64,000 bases of DNA from positions 1-64,000 of the forward strand of contig JAUWOR010000003.1 in the NCBI GenBank assembly GCA_030612025.1. Reading direction: 5' to 3'. This DNA comes from Dehalococcoidia bacterium. GTDB taxonomy: Bacteria > Chloroflexota > Dehalococcoidia > GIF9 > AB-539-J10. Under the pieces are notes generated by a model. It saw nothing but the letters and a program-made list of their open reading frames with translations. It did no database searches and was not told where the DNA came from. This document shows, in pieces, positions 28,075 to 38,530 of the stretch. The first letter of the stretch is position 1; each line of letters opens with the position of its first letter. Both the position numbers and the translations under genes were made by a program.

Positions 28075-29484
28075 ATGGCGGAAAAGAAAAAGATAAATCT
28101 AAATCGGGTGCCTATACCAAAGCAGGAGCCCTTGATAAGAAGAGGGAATTTTAATGAAGTAGCCTTAGGCTATACTGAAGAGCAAGCCATCGAGGAGGCA
28201 AGTCGCTGCATTGAATGTAAAAAAACAGGTTGCAAAGTTGGCTGCCCGGTGGATGTAGATATCCCCGAATTCATAAAAGCAATACAAGATGGTGATATGC
28301 CCGAGGCAGTAAGAATACTTAAGAGTAAGAACAGCCTTCCCGGCATTTGCGGTCGTGTTTGCCCTCAGGAGACACAATGTGAGATGACTTGCAACCTAGC
28401 CAAAAAGGGCGCTCCCATCGCTATTGGTAGACTAGAGCGGTACGTAGCTGATTGGGAAAGAGCTCACCTTGAAGTTATTGAACGACAGAAGGAGCGGGTA
28501 AAATCTAATGGTAGGAAGATAGCTGTTGTTGGCTCTGGACCGGCCGGGTTAACCTGCGCTGCCGACCTGGCTAAGCTAGGGTATGAAGTTACTATCCTTG
28601 AGGCACTTCATGTAGCTGGCGGCGTGCTGATGTATGGAATTCCTGAATTTAGATTGCCTAAAGTCATTGTCCAGGGTGAAGTTGATTATGTAAAGTCCCT
28701 GGGCATAGAAATTAGGTTTGACCAGGTGATAGGCAAAATAGCTACTGTGGATGAGATTCTGGAAGATGGTTACGCTGCTGTTTTTTTAGCTCCTGGGGCT
28801 GGAGCACCAATGTTTCTAAACATTCCCGGCGAGAACTTCAGCAACATTTATTCCGCTAACGAATTTCTTACTCGAACAAATCTGATGAAGGCTTATCTCT
28901 TCCCCGAGTATGATACTCCAATAAAAGTGGGGAGAAAGGTAGCGGTCTTCGGCGGAGGAAATGTCGCTATGGATGCTTCCAGATGCGCCCTCAGGCTTGG
29001 GGCTGGGGAAGTATATATCATTTATCGCCGTTCTAAAGTAGAGATGCCAGCCAGGGCTGAGGAGAGGGAGAATGCTGAGGAAGAAGGGATTATTTTCAAG
29101 CTTCTAACCAATCCCAAGAGATTTATCGGCGATGAACAGGGTAGGGTCAAGGCAGTAGAGTGTTATGAAATGGAGCTTGGTGAACCTGATGAAAGTGGTC
29201 GGCGGCGACCAATTCGAAAACCGGGCACTGAATTCATCATTGACATTGACACGGCAATTGTTGCTCTGGGCACCAGACCAAACCCGATCATCCCCTCAAC
29301 GACTAAAGGGCTCGAACTCACCAGATGGGGCACGATAAAAACTGATGAGGTTACAGGTAGGACCAGCAAGGATAGGGTCTGGTGTGGCGGTGATATAGCT
29401 ACTGGAGCAGCTACAGTTATCAGTGCTATGGGAGCTGGCAAGCGAGCTGCCGCCGATATTGATGTTTATCTATCCTCTTCTTAA
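28075..29484 (+). CDS. nfnB: NfnB / GltD-like large subunit
   Basis: EASRCIEC, CGRVCPQETQCE, GSGPAGL, YGIPEFRLP, GGGNVAMD; paired with nfnA. Confidence 0.9.
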   Translation: MAEKKKINLNRVPIPKQEPLIRRGNFNEVALGYTEEQAIEEASRCIECKKTGCKVGCPVDVDIPEFIKAIQDGDMPEAVRILKSKNSLPGICGRVCPQETQCEMTCNLAKKGAPIAIGRLERYVADWERAHLEVIERQKERVKSNGRKIAVVGSGPAGLTCAADLAKLGYEVTILEALHVAGGVLMYGIPEFRLPKVIVQGEVDYVKSLGIEIRFDQVIGKIATVDEILEDGYAAVFLAPGAGAPMFLNIPGENFSNIYSANEFLTRTNLMKAYLFPEYDTPIKVGRKVAVFGGGNVAMDASRCALRLGAGEVYIIYRRSKVEMPARAEERENAEEEGIIFKLLTNPKRFIGDEQGRVKAVECYEMELGEPDESGRRRPIRKPGTEFIIDIDTAIVALGTRPNPIIPSTTKGLELTRWGTIKTDEVTGRTSKDRVWCGGDIATGAATVISAMGAGKRAAADIDVYLSSS

Positions 29485-29858
29485 TATTCGATAAATTTCT
29501 TGCGGAAGTGAGTTAAATCTAGCTTCTCTTCTTTGGGGTCGATCCTGATATTCCAAACTTGCATCTCTCTTGCTCCCAGAATCAGGTCGATTTCTTCCCC
29601 ACTTTCATCATTCCCGATCTCCTCTATGACATAGGCCAAAAAATAGAGATAATCCCCTTGAATCTCACCTGGAACAAAGCAAACCTGGGAAATCTTCCTT
29701 ACACTTCCACCAAGACTCACATTAAAAGCCTTAGGGAGGAACCTGGGGCAAAGCTCTTGAGCAGCTTTCCCAGCAATGTAATTATGCACTGCTCCGGTAT
29801 CAAACAGGGCATGTAAAGGTTTATTAGCGGCTGTAATAGTATCGTACACCCTTCCCAT
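29481..29858 (-). CDS. Single-domain retropepsin-like aspartic protease
   Basis: ALFDTGA catalytic motif and DLILG. Confidence 0.8.
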   Translation of the reverse strand: MGRVYDTITAANKPLHALFDTGAVHNYIAGKAAQELCPRFLPKAFNVSLGGSVRKISQVCFVPGEIQGDYLYFLAYVIEEIGNDESGEEIDLILGAREMQVWNIRIDPKEEKLDLTHFRKKFIEY

Positions 29859-29867
29859 TTACCTTGA

Positions 29868-32780
29868 TTATACCATCTCAGCCCAGTTTTTGCCCAGCTT
29901 AATATCTATTTTTAAAGGCACACAAAGCTTTATAGCTTGGGACATTAGCCCAGCCACTAAGGATTTCATCTCCTCCATTTCCTCTTGAGGTACTTCGAAA
30001 ACCAGTTCATCGTGAATTTGCAAAAGCATCTTGCTTTTTAGCTTTCGCCTTTTCATTTCTCGATGTATATTAATCATAGCAACCTTGATAATGTCAGCGG
30101 AGGTACCTTGCACCGGGGCGTTTATAGCCATACGCTCCGCAGCTTCCCTTACTTGCCGATTGGGGGAATTGATTTCGGGTATGAACCGCCTCCTTCCCAG
30201 CACCGTTTGCACATAACCCAGTTTCCTCGCCTGTTCTTTGGTTGCTTCAATGTACTCTCTTACCCTGGGATACCTGTCAAAATATAAGGCGATAAATTGG
30301 CCTGCTTCCTCTCGGCTAAGCTCGGTGGCTTGCTCCAATCCATAATCGCTCATGCCATAGATGACACCGAAGTTCACTGTCTTAGCAGCTCGGCGCATCT
30401 CAGCGGTCACCTCTGCTATTGAGATATCGAAGAGCTTGGAGGCAGTCATGGCATGGATATCTTCATCGCCGACAAAGGCAGCAATAAGGCCGGGGTCCTG
30501 GGAGAGATGAGCTAGGGCTCTGAGGTCAATCTGGGAGTAATCAGCGCTTAATAGGTACACCCCTGACGGAGCAATGATAGCTTGCCTTATTTTCTTACCT
30601 CTTTCCCCTCTCACAGGGATATTTTGCAGGTTTGGCTCACTGGAGGAAAGTCGCCCTGTAGCCGTGCCTGTTTGATTAAAATTGGTATGCACCCTACCTG
30701 TCTGAGGATTAATAAGCGCCGGCAAAGCATCAATATATGTTGATTTAAGTTTGCCAAGTTGGCGATATTGCAACACAAGCTCGATTATGGGATGGAGACC
30801 CCTCAATCCCTCAAGCACTGAAGCCTCGGTGGAGTAACCGCTTTTTGTTTTGCGAGAGCGAGGTAGATTAAGCTCCTCAAACAGTACCTTGCCCAACTGC
30901 TTGGGTGAATTGATATTAAATTGATGCCCCACGCTGTTATAAATTTCTGCCTCTAGTTTTAGCATTTCCTGACCTAACTCAAGAGACATCTTACGAAGCA
31001 AGTTAGTATCTAAAGTAATACCATTTCTCTCCATAGCTACCAGCACAGGAACCAAAGGCATCTCCACTTCCCTAAAGAGTTGCCACAATCCTTGCCGACA
31101 TAGCTCCTCCTTTAAATTATCCCTTAAACCCCAGGTGATGTTGGCATTGGCGCAGGCGTAATCGGCAACTTGTTTCACCCCCAGCGTGGCTAAAGAAACC
31201 TGCTTTTTTCCGGTGCCAATCAAGTCGGTGATTTGCGCCATTTCCAGGCCCAGTTTATTAAAAGCAATTGCTTTAAGACTCAGGTTTTTTTCACCGATAA
31301 GGTAAGCGGCAATCATCAGGTCGAAATCCAAGTTTTCCAGCTCCACTCCGTAATTAGCTAGTACAGCCATATCATGCTTAGCGTTATAAGCAATTTTGCC
31401 TATGTTTGTATTCTCTAAGATTGGCTTTAGTCCAGCTATAACTTGAGCTAGCAGTAGTGGCTCAGGAATTTCATTGAGAGCCCTTCGATTGTTTTCATTC
31501 TGAGGGAGCGAAGCGACCGAAGAATCTCGCTCAGGATAAACTCCGCGAAGCAATCTCAAAGGTATATAAAATGCTTTTCCAGAAGCTGGCGATACAGCTA
31601 TTCCCACCAGCTCTGCCGTCAAGCCCTCACCCTTAATCCCTCTCTTGTAAGGAAAAGAAACTTCATTATATGAGGGAGAAGAGGTAAGGGTAGTTTCAAG
31701 GTCGAGGACTATTTCGCTTGCTGCTTCCAGTTGACTTATAAGCTTGGCTAAGGCTGCCTCACTGCGCACTACTTGATAAATGCCTCTCTGACAGCTGTCA
31801 GCTGTCAGCTGATAACTGTCTTGTGGCAGTCGGGGGAGTAAGTTAATAAACTCAAGCTCCCGGAAAAGTTCCACTACCTCACTCCGGTCATAAGTGCTCA
31901 CATGACAGGCTTCCAAATTCAAGTTGACAGGAACATCCTTAACTATGGTAACTAACTCCTTACTCTGGAAAGCCTGGGATTGATATTCACGTAGCATTGC
32001 TCGTAACTTGCTCGGCATTACATTTTCAATATTGTCATAGATTCCCTCGAGGCTGCCAAACTGCCGAATTAATTTCGTAGCTGTTTTCTCGCCAATTCCT
32101 GGTACGCCGGGAATATTATCCGAAACATCACCAACCAAGGCTTTAAAATCAGTAATCTGCTCAGGCCTTATGCCATATTTTTGCTTAACTGCCTCCTCAT
32201 CATAAAGGACAGTATCACTAAGGGTTCGCCTTGGCATGAGGGCTTTTATCTCCGGCAACACAAGTTGGAGCACGTCATTGTCACCAGTGACGATGATAGT
32301 TTCACTACCCTGTTCACTAGCCTGCTTGCCTAAGGTGCCCAGAACATCGTCAGCCTCAAAGCCGTCAATTTCAAAGATAGGAATGTGAAAAGCATCTACT
32401 AGCTGATGAACCCGCTTTATCTGACTTTTCAGTTCCTCTGGTGCCTTGGGACGCTGTGCTTTATACTCCTCGAACATCTCATGTCTGAAAGTTGGAGCTG
32501 GGCGGTCAAAAGCCACCGCCCAATAAGTGGGCTTGAATTCGGCGAGCACCTTGAGCAAGGTGTTGGCAAAGCCATAAACAGCATTTACCATCTCCCCGGT
32601 TTTAGATACCGTCAGTGGAGGCAAAGCATGAAAGGCACGATGCACTAAAGCATTGCCATCAAAAAGCAACAGCAAGGGTTTTTCTTTCTCGTTCTTTGTC
32701 ATTCTGAGCCCTTCACTTCTTGCCATTCCGAGCAACTCCCTGTCATTCTGAGGGAGCGAAGCGACCGAAGAATCTCCCAT
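29868..32780 (-). CDS. polA: DNA polymerase I (with repeat-derived insertions)
   Basis: DGNALVHRAFHA, EADDVLGTL, TGRLSSSEPNLQNIP, ADYSQI, KTVNFGVIYG, QIHDEL; start placed at ATG 32780 after GAGGAGG. Confidence 0.97.
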   Translation of the reverse strand: MGDSSVASLPQNDRELLGMARSEGLRMTKNEKEKPLLLLFDGNALVHRAFHALPPLTVSKTGEMVNAVYGFANTLLKVLAEFKPTYWAVAFDRPAPTFRHEMFEEYKAQRPKAPEELKSQIKRVHQLVDAFHIPIFEIDGFEADDVLGTLGKQASEQGSETIIVTGDNDVLQLVLPEIKALMPRRTLSDTVLYDEEAVKQKYGIRPEQITDFKALVGDVSDNIPGVPGIGEKTATKLIRQFGSLEGIYDNIENVMPSKLRAMLREYQSQAFQSKELVTIVKDVPVNLNLEACHVSTYDRSEVVELFRELEFINLLPRLPQDSYQLTADSCQRGIYQVVRSEAALAKLISQLEAASEIVLDLETTLTSSPSYNEVSFPYKRGIKGEGLTAELVGIAVSPASGKAFYIPLRLLRGVYPERDSSVASLPQNENNRRALNEIPEPLLLAQVIAGLKPILENTNIGKIAYNAKHDMAVLANYGVELENLDFDLMIAAYLIGEKNLSLKAIAFNKLGLEMAQITDLIGTGKKQVSLATLGVKQVADYACANANITWGLRDNLKEELCRQGLWQLFREVEMPLVPVLVAMERNGITLDTNLLRKMSLELGQEMLKLEAEIYNSVGHQFNINSPKQLGKVLFEELNLPRSRKTKSGYSTEASVLEGLRGLHPIIELVLQYRQLGKLKSTYIDALPALINPQTGRVHTNFNQTGTATGRLSSSEPNLQNIPVRGERGKKIRQAIIAPSGVYLLSADYSQIDLRALAHLSQDPGLIAAFVGDEDIHAMTASKLFDISIAEVTAEMRRAAKTVNFGVIYGMSDYGLEQATELSREEAGQFIALYFDRYPRVREYIEATKEQARKLGYVQTVLGRRRFIPEINSPNRQVREAAERMAINAPVQGTSADIIKVAMINIHREMKRRKLKSKMLLQIHDELVFEVPQEEMEEMKSLVAGLMSQAIKLCVPLKIDIKLGKNWAEMV

Positions 32781-32833
32781 AGACTTCCTCCTCAACAATT
32801 ATAGCATTTCTCCTCATTGCGGACTCTCCCTCC

Positions 32834-32919
32834 TGTCATTGCGAGGAGCATAAGCGACGAAGCAATCTCTAGGAAATACTCCACCACCGAGATTGCCACG
32901 CCTTCGGCTCGCAATGACA
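32834..32919. repeat. TGTCA-type inverted repeat pair
   Basis: TGTCATTGCGAG...GCAATCTC / GAGATTGC...CTCGCAATGACA. Confidence 0.85.
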
Positions 32920-32982
32920 GATAGGACTTGATAAACGACCTCTCTATTATGCTACTTAACAGGCATGATATACTAAAGTCAT

Positions 32983-33918
32983 ATGAAGAGAGATTTGCTC
33001 TCGGTGTCCGACCTCAGCCGTGCGGAGATTGAGCAGCTCATAGAGCAGGCCTTAATTATGAAGCGGGGGGATACGCTGTGTCTCCTCTCAGGGAAAACCC
33101 TGGCTCTTCTCTTCGAGAAGCCTTCCTTGCGCACCAGGGTTAGCTTCGACCTAGCCATACATCAGTTAGGCGGGCACGCTATCTACCTGTCTCCAGGCGA
33201 GGTAGGCTTGGGCAGGCGAGAGGCGATTCCCGACGTAGCGCGGGTGCTCAGTCGCTATGTTGATGGTATTGTTGCCCGCACCTTTTCTCATCAGACTTTG
33301 CTCATTCTAGCCGAGCATTCCTCTGTGTCGGTAATTAATGCTCTCTCCGATTTGGAACATCCATGTCAGGTACTTTCTGACCTCCTCACCATATATGAAA
33401 AGAAAGGCAGGCTTGCCGGTTTGACTTTGGCTTTCATCGGCGATGGCAATAATGTAGCTCACAGCTTACTACTTGCTGCCTCACTTACAGGAATGAATTT
33501 CCATATTGCCTCCCCGCCGGGTTATGAAATTAAGAAAGAGGTATTGAATCAAAGCCGAGAACTTGCCGCTTCCAGTGGTAGCCAAATTGAGCTAACGGCC
33601 GAGCCTGGTGAGGCAGCCAAAGACGCCGACATAGTATATACTGATGTGTGGACTAGCATGGGACAGGAAGCCGAAGCAGAGAAACGGCGTCTTGCCTTTT
33701 CTGGCTATCAGGTAGATGAGAAGCTATTATCTTTAGCTAAAGGGGATGCTTTATTTATGCACCCTTTGCCAGCCCATCATGGTGAGGAAATCTCCGCCCA
33801 GCTACTAGATAGCCCCCAATCAGTGGTCTTTGACCAGGCAGCAAACAGGCTTCATCTGCAAAAGGCATTACTGGCTAAGATGCTCCCATCAACCCATCCA
33901 GGAGCAATAAGTAAATGA
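32983..33918 (+). CDS. argF: Ornithine carbamoyltransferase
   Basis: FEKPSLRTR, HPCQ, GDGNNV, YTDVWTSMG, FMHPLP. Confidence 0.96.
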   Translation: MKRDLLSVSDLSRAEIEQLIEQALIMKRGDTLCLLSGKTLALLFEKPSLRTRVSFDLAIHQLGGHAIYLSPGEVGLGRREAIPDVARVLSRYVDGIVARTFSHQTLLILAEHSSVSVINALSDLEHPCQVLSDLLTIYEKKGRLAGLTLAFIGDGNNVAHSLLLAASLTGMNFHIASPPGYEIKKEVLNQSRELAASSGSQIELTAEPGEAAKDADIVYTDVWTSMGQEAEAEKRRLAFSGYQVDEKLLSLAKGDALFMHPLPAHHGEEISAQLLDSPQSVVFDQAANRLHLQKALLAKMLPSTHPGAISK

Positions 33919-35258
33919 CAAAACCAATCATAGCTATTGTAGGCCGGACTAATGTAGGTAAGTCCACCTTGCTCAACCGCTTGGCGGGCAAGCGCCTAGC
34001 TGTCGTTGCCGATTTACCGGGAACTACTCGGGATCGCGTTCTTGCTCCTGTTTCATGGCAGGGGAGAGAGCTAACTATGGTTGATAGCGGTGGCTGGCAA
34101 GCAAAGCCACAGACGACTTTAGATGAAATGGTTAAGCAGCAAGTGGAAGCAGCCATCAGCCATGCAAACGTCATTATTTTCCTTACCGATGCTAAGGAGG
34201 GGCTTATTCCCGCGGATGAAGAAATAGCCGATATATTGCGTGCTGCCAACAAGCCCGCAGTGTTAGCGGTAAATAAGGCAGATTCTGTAAAGCAAGGGGA
34301 TTCGGTGGCTGATTTTTATCGATTAGGTATCGGTACACCCGTAGCTATTAGTGCCTATCATAACCGAGGGATAGACGAGCTTATGGATGCTGTGCTAGCC
34401 TTTCTCCCCCCATCAACCGCCAGCTTTGTAGAGCCAGAAGAGGCTAAACTAGCTATTGTGGGACGCCCCAACGTAGGAAAGTCAACATTGCTGAATGCAC
34501 TGCTCGGCAATGAGAGGGCCATTGTCCATGAGGCTCCAGGGACTACTCGTGATACTCTTGATGCTATGGTCCGTTGGGATGATAAGAAGGTATTACTCAT
34601 TGATACTGCGGGTATTAAACGACGCGGCAAGGTTGGCGCTGGCGTTAACTACTACAGCCTGATTCGCGCCGTTCAAGCTATTAACCGATGCGATGTTACC
34701 TTATTACTAATCGATGCTGGTGAATTTATCACCGCCCAGGATATGCATATCGCTGGCTATATTATAGAAGTTGGCAAGGGTATGGTGTTAGTGGTTAATA
34801 AATGGGACCTCGTTCCTCAGGAACAGAGACAGCAATTCAAGCAGTATATGAAAAAGCGGCTTAGGTTTATGCCTTATGTGCCTGATCTTTACATCTCCGC
34901 CAAGTTAGGGCACAATATTGATAGAATCTTACCCCAAGCTTGGCAGGTATGGCAGGAAAGGCAGAAGCGTTTACCGAACTCAGCAGTTAACATGGTTATT
35001 AAACAAGCAGTAGACAGTCATCCCCCGCCTCGTATGGGCTCTAAACGATTGCACATCGCCCAAGCTTATCAAGACGAATCCAGACCTTCAGCTTTCGTGC
35101 TACAAGTTAATGACCCACATTTAGTCCACTTTTCCTACCAGAGGTACTTGGAGAATAAACTTCGCCATAGCTTTGGTTTTTGCGGCTCCCCTTTGCACCT
35201 GATTTTCATCAGGGCTAACAGTAAAAGGAGTAGAAGGACAAAGGTGGTGAAAACATGA
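33915..35258 (+). CDS. der: Ribosome biogenesis GTPase Der
   Basis: Two GTPase domains (GRTNVGKS, GRPNVGKS, GTTRD). Confidence 0.96.
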   Translation: MTKPIIAIVGRTNVGKSTLLNRLAGKRLAVVADLPGTTRDRVLAPVSWQGRELTMVDSGGWQAKPQTTLDEMVKQQVEAAISHANVIIFLTDAKEGLIPADEEIADILRAANKPAVLAVNKADSVKQGDSVADFYRLGIGTPVAISAYHNRGIDELMDAVLAFLPPSTASFVEPEEAKLAIVGRPNVGKSTLLNALLGNERAIVHEAPGTTRDTLDAMVRWDDKKVLLIDTAGIKRRGKVGAGVNYYSLIRAVQAINRCDVTLLLIDAGEFITAQDMHIAGYIIEVGKGMVLVVNKWDLVPQEQRQQFKQYMKKRLRFMPYVPDLYISAKLGHNIDRILPQAWQVWQERQKRLPNSAVNMVIKQAVDSHPPPRMGSKRLHIAQAYQDESRPSAFVLQVNDPHLVHFSYQRYLENKLRHSFGFCGSPLHLIFIRANSKRSRRTKVVKT

Positions 35259-35890
35259 TAACTGCTAAATTCATTGCTGTGGTGGTCATTGCATATCTTC
35301 TTGGCTCCATTCCCTTTGGCTTGATCATAGGCAAACTTAAAAAAGGTGTTGATGTCAGAAAATATGGAAGTGGCAAGACTGGCGCCACTAATGTAATGCG
35401 CACCGTAGGGACCAAGTTTGGCATTTTAACCATAGTTCTTGATGTGGCTAAAGCTGCTGGAGCAGTGGTGCTAGCTGGAGTAATTATAGACAGCGGCGCC
35501 TTGACCATCGGCGGCATACCCCTCCACCAGATGGCTCAAGTCATGGCTGGCCTAGCAGCAGTGGCAGGGCATAACTGGCCTATATTTGCTAAATTTAAAG
35601 GTGGCCGCGGCGTGACTGCTTATTTTGGCACATTGCTTGCTATCTATCCTCCGGCAGCTATATTTGGAGTCGAAGTTCTAGCTATATCGGCATTGCGTAG
35701 CCGGCACATGTCCTTAGGCTCTATACTTGGAGCCCTAGCCGCTTGGTGTTTATTGATACCCTTAACTATTAATTATAATTCTCCCCCCGTTTATCTAGCT
35801 TATGGCTTAGCAGGTATAGCCTTGCTTGTCTACCAGCACCGCGGCAACATAAGCCGCTTACAGCTGGGCACAGAACGCCGATTATGGTGA
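35255..35890 (+). CDS. plsY: Glycerol-3-phosphate acyltransferase
   Basis: YLLGSIP, GSGKTGATN, GHNWP..KFKGGRG, HRGNI.RL..GTE. Confidence 0.95.
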   Translation: MITAKFIAVVVIAYLLGSIPFGLIIGKLKKGVDVRKYGSGKTGATNVMRTVGTKFGILTIVLDVAKAAGAVVLAGVIIDSGALTIGGIPLHQMAQVMAGLAAVAGHNWPIFAKFKGGRGVTAYFGTLLAIYPPAAIFGVEVLAISALRSRHMSLGSILGALAAWCLLIPLTINYNSPPVYLAYGLAGIALLVYQHRGNISRLQLGTERRLW

Positions 35891-35912
35891 AGAAAAAAGC
35901 TAGCCTTAAACC

Positions 35913-36899
35913 ATGCCTAAAACTACCATTATAGGCAATACTACCTGGGGTAACACTTTAGCTTCTTTGCTAAGTGATAAGGGGATAGCGGTAAAGCTAT
36001 GGGCGCGCAGCAAAGCCGAGGTTGAGGGGCTGAATCAGAAAACACGTAGCTACTCCCCTACCAGCCATATTGAAGAGGCTTTAGACAGGGCTGATCTGGT
36101 AATTTGGGCCGTTCCTTCACAAAAACTGAGGCAAAATGTTATTCAGGCTAAGAATTACTTAACCAATTCAATGCTATTGATGAGCGCTGCTAAGGGGTTA
36201 GAGGAGGATAGCGGTAAGAGGATGTCTCAAGTAATGGCAGAGGAAATTGCCCCCGCTTTAAGAAAGCAGATTTGCGTTCTTTCCGGTCCCAATTTGGCCA
36301 AAGAAATTGCTCAAGGCCTGCCTGCTGCCTCGGTAATCGCGGCACAGGATATAACTGTGGCTGAGAGAGCACGAGACCTGATGAATTCGCCTAAATTCCT
36401 TCTGTTCACTACCGATGATGTTATCGGGGTAGAGTTAGGTGGAGCTCTGAAAAATATCGTAGCTTTAGGCGCCGGGATGATCGATGGGTTGGGCCTGGGT
36501 GACAATGCTAAGGCTGCCTTCATCACTTGGAGCTGGACCGAAGTTATTTCCCTCGGGGTAGCCTTGGGAGCTAAGGTTAGCACTTTTTACGGTTTAGCTG
36601 GTTTAGGCGACTTAATAGCCACTTGTGCTAGCGCCTTGAGTCGCAATCACTACGTTGGTTACGAATTAGCTAAAGGGCGATCCTTGAAAAAAATATCTGC
36701 TTCTATGACACAGGTTGCCGAGGGGGTTTACACTGCCATGGCAGTTCATCAAATAATACGGAAGTTGACTTTGGAAACCCCTATTATCAATCTTATTTAT
36801 CAAGTCCTTTTTGAAAACTTGCCAGCAACTGAGGCACTGGCTGATTTCGGTGAGCTAACAAAGAGCCACGATCAACCCTCGTTAAATGCCTTAAGGTAA
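35913..36899 (+). CDS. gpsA: NAD(P)H-dependent glycerol-3-phosphate dehydrogenase
   Basis: [31 protein letters not shown]. Confidence 0.95.
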   Translation: MPKTTIIGNTTWGNTLASLLSDKGIAVKLWARSKAEVEGLNQKTRSYSPTSHIEEALDRADLVIWAVPSQKLRQNVIQAKNYLTNSMLLMSAAKGLEEDSGKRMSQVMAEEIAPALRKQICVLSGPNLAKEIAQGLPAASVIAAQDITVAERARDLMNSPKFLLFTTDDVIGVELGGALKNIVALGAGMIDGLGLGDNAKAAFITWSWTEVISLGVALGAKVSTFYGLAGLGDLIATCASALSRNHYVGYELAKGRSLKKISASMTQVAEGVYTAMAVHQIIRKLTLETPIINLIYQVLFENLPATEALADFGELTKSHDQPSLNALR

Positions 36900-37964
36900 T
36901 TTGGCTTGGGGTAATATCTTAGCTAACTCTTCGAAAAGGCGTCGTTGCTTCCCATCTAAATGTTGCGGAGTAACTACCACAACTTTGACCAATTGATCAC
37001 CCTTCCCCCTAGCGTTAAGTTGCGGCACTCCCTTGCCTTTAAGGCGAAAAATCCTTCCATTCTGTGTGCCTGGTGGTATCCTTAGGCTTGCCTTCCCATC
37101 TAAAGAGGGCACTTCTATCTCATCACCTAGGGTAGCCTGAGCAAAATTAATGGGTAACTCACAAAGAATATCGCTCCCGTCTCTACAAAACAACTTATGT
37201 GGCCTCACTGAAAGGTCAATGTAGAGAGCGCCAGGCGCTCCTCCATACAAGCCAGCATCCCCCTCGCCATCGAGGTGCACTTGATAACCATCATCCACAC
37301 CGGCAGGAATATCCACCGTTAGCTTGCGTTTTACCTTTACTCGCCCCTTTCCACAGCATTGGGAGCAGGGGTGGGGGATTATAATGCCGCTGCCTTTACA
37401 ACGGGGGCAGGTGGTAATGTGGCTGAAGCGGCCAAAAATACTCTGCTGAACTTTTCTCACCTGTCCTGTCCCACGACACTCAGGGCAAGTTTGAGGATTC
37501 GTCCCTGGCTGGCTACCAATGCCCTGGCATGAAGGACAGTTCTCAATACGCTGTATTTCAACTTCTTTCTGACAGCCAAAGACTGCTTCCTCAAAAGAAA
37601 GAGTGAGGTGGGTTTGCAGACTATCCCCCCTTTGTGGAGCACGCTGGGCAGTCCTACCAAACGGACTCCCACCAAAACCACCGAAAAAGGATTCGAAAAT
37701 ATCACCTAGCCCACCAAAATCAGGAAACCCATGCCATTCTTCCGTAGCTACTCGACCATAGCGGTCGTAACTACTCCTTTTCTCCGGGTCAGAAAGGATC
37801 TGGTAAGCCTCATTTATTTCCTTAAATTTATCTTCTGCCCCAGGGTTTTTATTGTGGTCGGGATGATACTGAAAAGCCAGCTTGCGAAACGTCCTCTTGA
37901 TTTCCTCATCACTGGCGTTCCGCGGCACGCCCAACACTTCATAGTAATCTCGCTTTATCGCCAT
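36891..37964 (-). CDS. dnaJ: Chaperone DnaJ
   Basis: J-domain HPD, four CxxCxGxG repeats. Confidence 0.97.
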   Translation of the reverse strand: MAIKRDYYEVLGVPRNASDEEIKRTFRKLAFQYHPDHNKNPGAEDKFKEINEAYQILSDPEKRSSYDRYGRVATEEWHGFPDFGGLGDIFESFFGGFGGSPFGRTAQRAPQRGDSLQTHLTLSFEEAVFGCQKEVEIQRIENCPSCQGIGSQPGTNPQTCPECRGTGQVRKVQQSIFGRFSHITTCPRCKGSGIIIPHPCSQCCGKGRVKVKRKLTVDIPAGVDDGYQVHLDGEGDAGLYGGAPGALYIDLSVRPHKLFCRDGSDILCELPINFAQATLGDEIEVPSLDGKASLRIPPGTQNGRIFRLKGKGVPQLNARGKGDQLVKVVVVTPQHLDGKQRRLFEELAKILPQAKLP

Positions 37965-38226
37965 AGTTAGTTAACCCCAATCTTTTAGTATAGACCTTAA
38001 ACTGCCCTGTTGACAACTTTTATACGCAAGTATACGCAGATTGCCAAACTATCGAAACTTTACCCGTTTATTCTTATGAGCATGAAAGGCATATTTTGGG
38101 GACTATAGCCAGGATTTTGAAACAGCTCACTGAATTGCTAAAGTCTGAGAGTGGGGCTCTCAGTTAATCATTTCTTCTTTAGTCGCCGTCTTTCTATCGC
38201 TATCTACATCACTTCCCTCCTTTCTA

Positions 38227-38403
38227 GAGGCTGTTTAATTTTGCCTCAGATTGAAAACTAGACTTGCCTCATCCAGTTTTAATAACCTTCACCCCATGAT
38301 TCTCGTAATGCGCCCCTTTAGGGTCGTGCACGAGGCTACCCTGTGTAGTAATCTTCGCTACTACACAGGGCTAAAGCCTCGCACTACATTTCTAAACACC
38401 TTC
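38227..38403 (-). mobile_element. MITE-like element, core type A (reverse orientation)
   Basis: Reverse complement of 27020-27199 with few mismatches. Confidence 0.8.
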
Positions 38404-38530
38404 TTCTATTTTCCTGGGTAGCCCTGCTCGCACAGCTAATAAACATTATACTGAGCCCTTAAAAATGTTTATAATATAAAAGGGATGGAAGAAATTAAGC
38501 GAGATAAAGTATATCAGGAGGAATAGAACC

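Noticed and set aside
31471-31820. Intein or intron in polA
   Set aside because: The insertions are only tens of bases, lack intein splice motifs and match intergenic repeat families.
37965-38530. CIRCE or HAIR heat-shock operator between divergent dnaJ and clp genes
   Set aside because: No convincing TTAGCACTC-N9-GAGTGCTAA or CTTGAGT-N7-ACTCAAG match seen.
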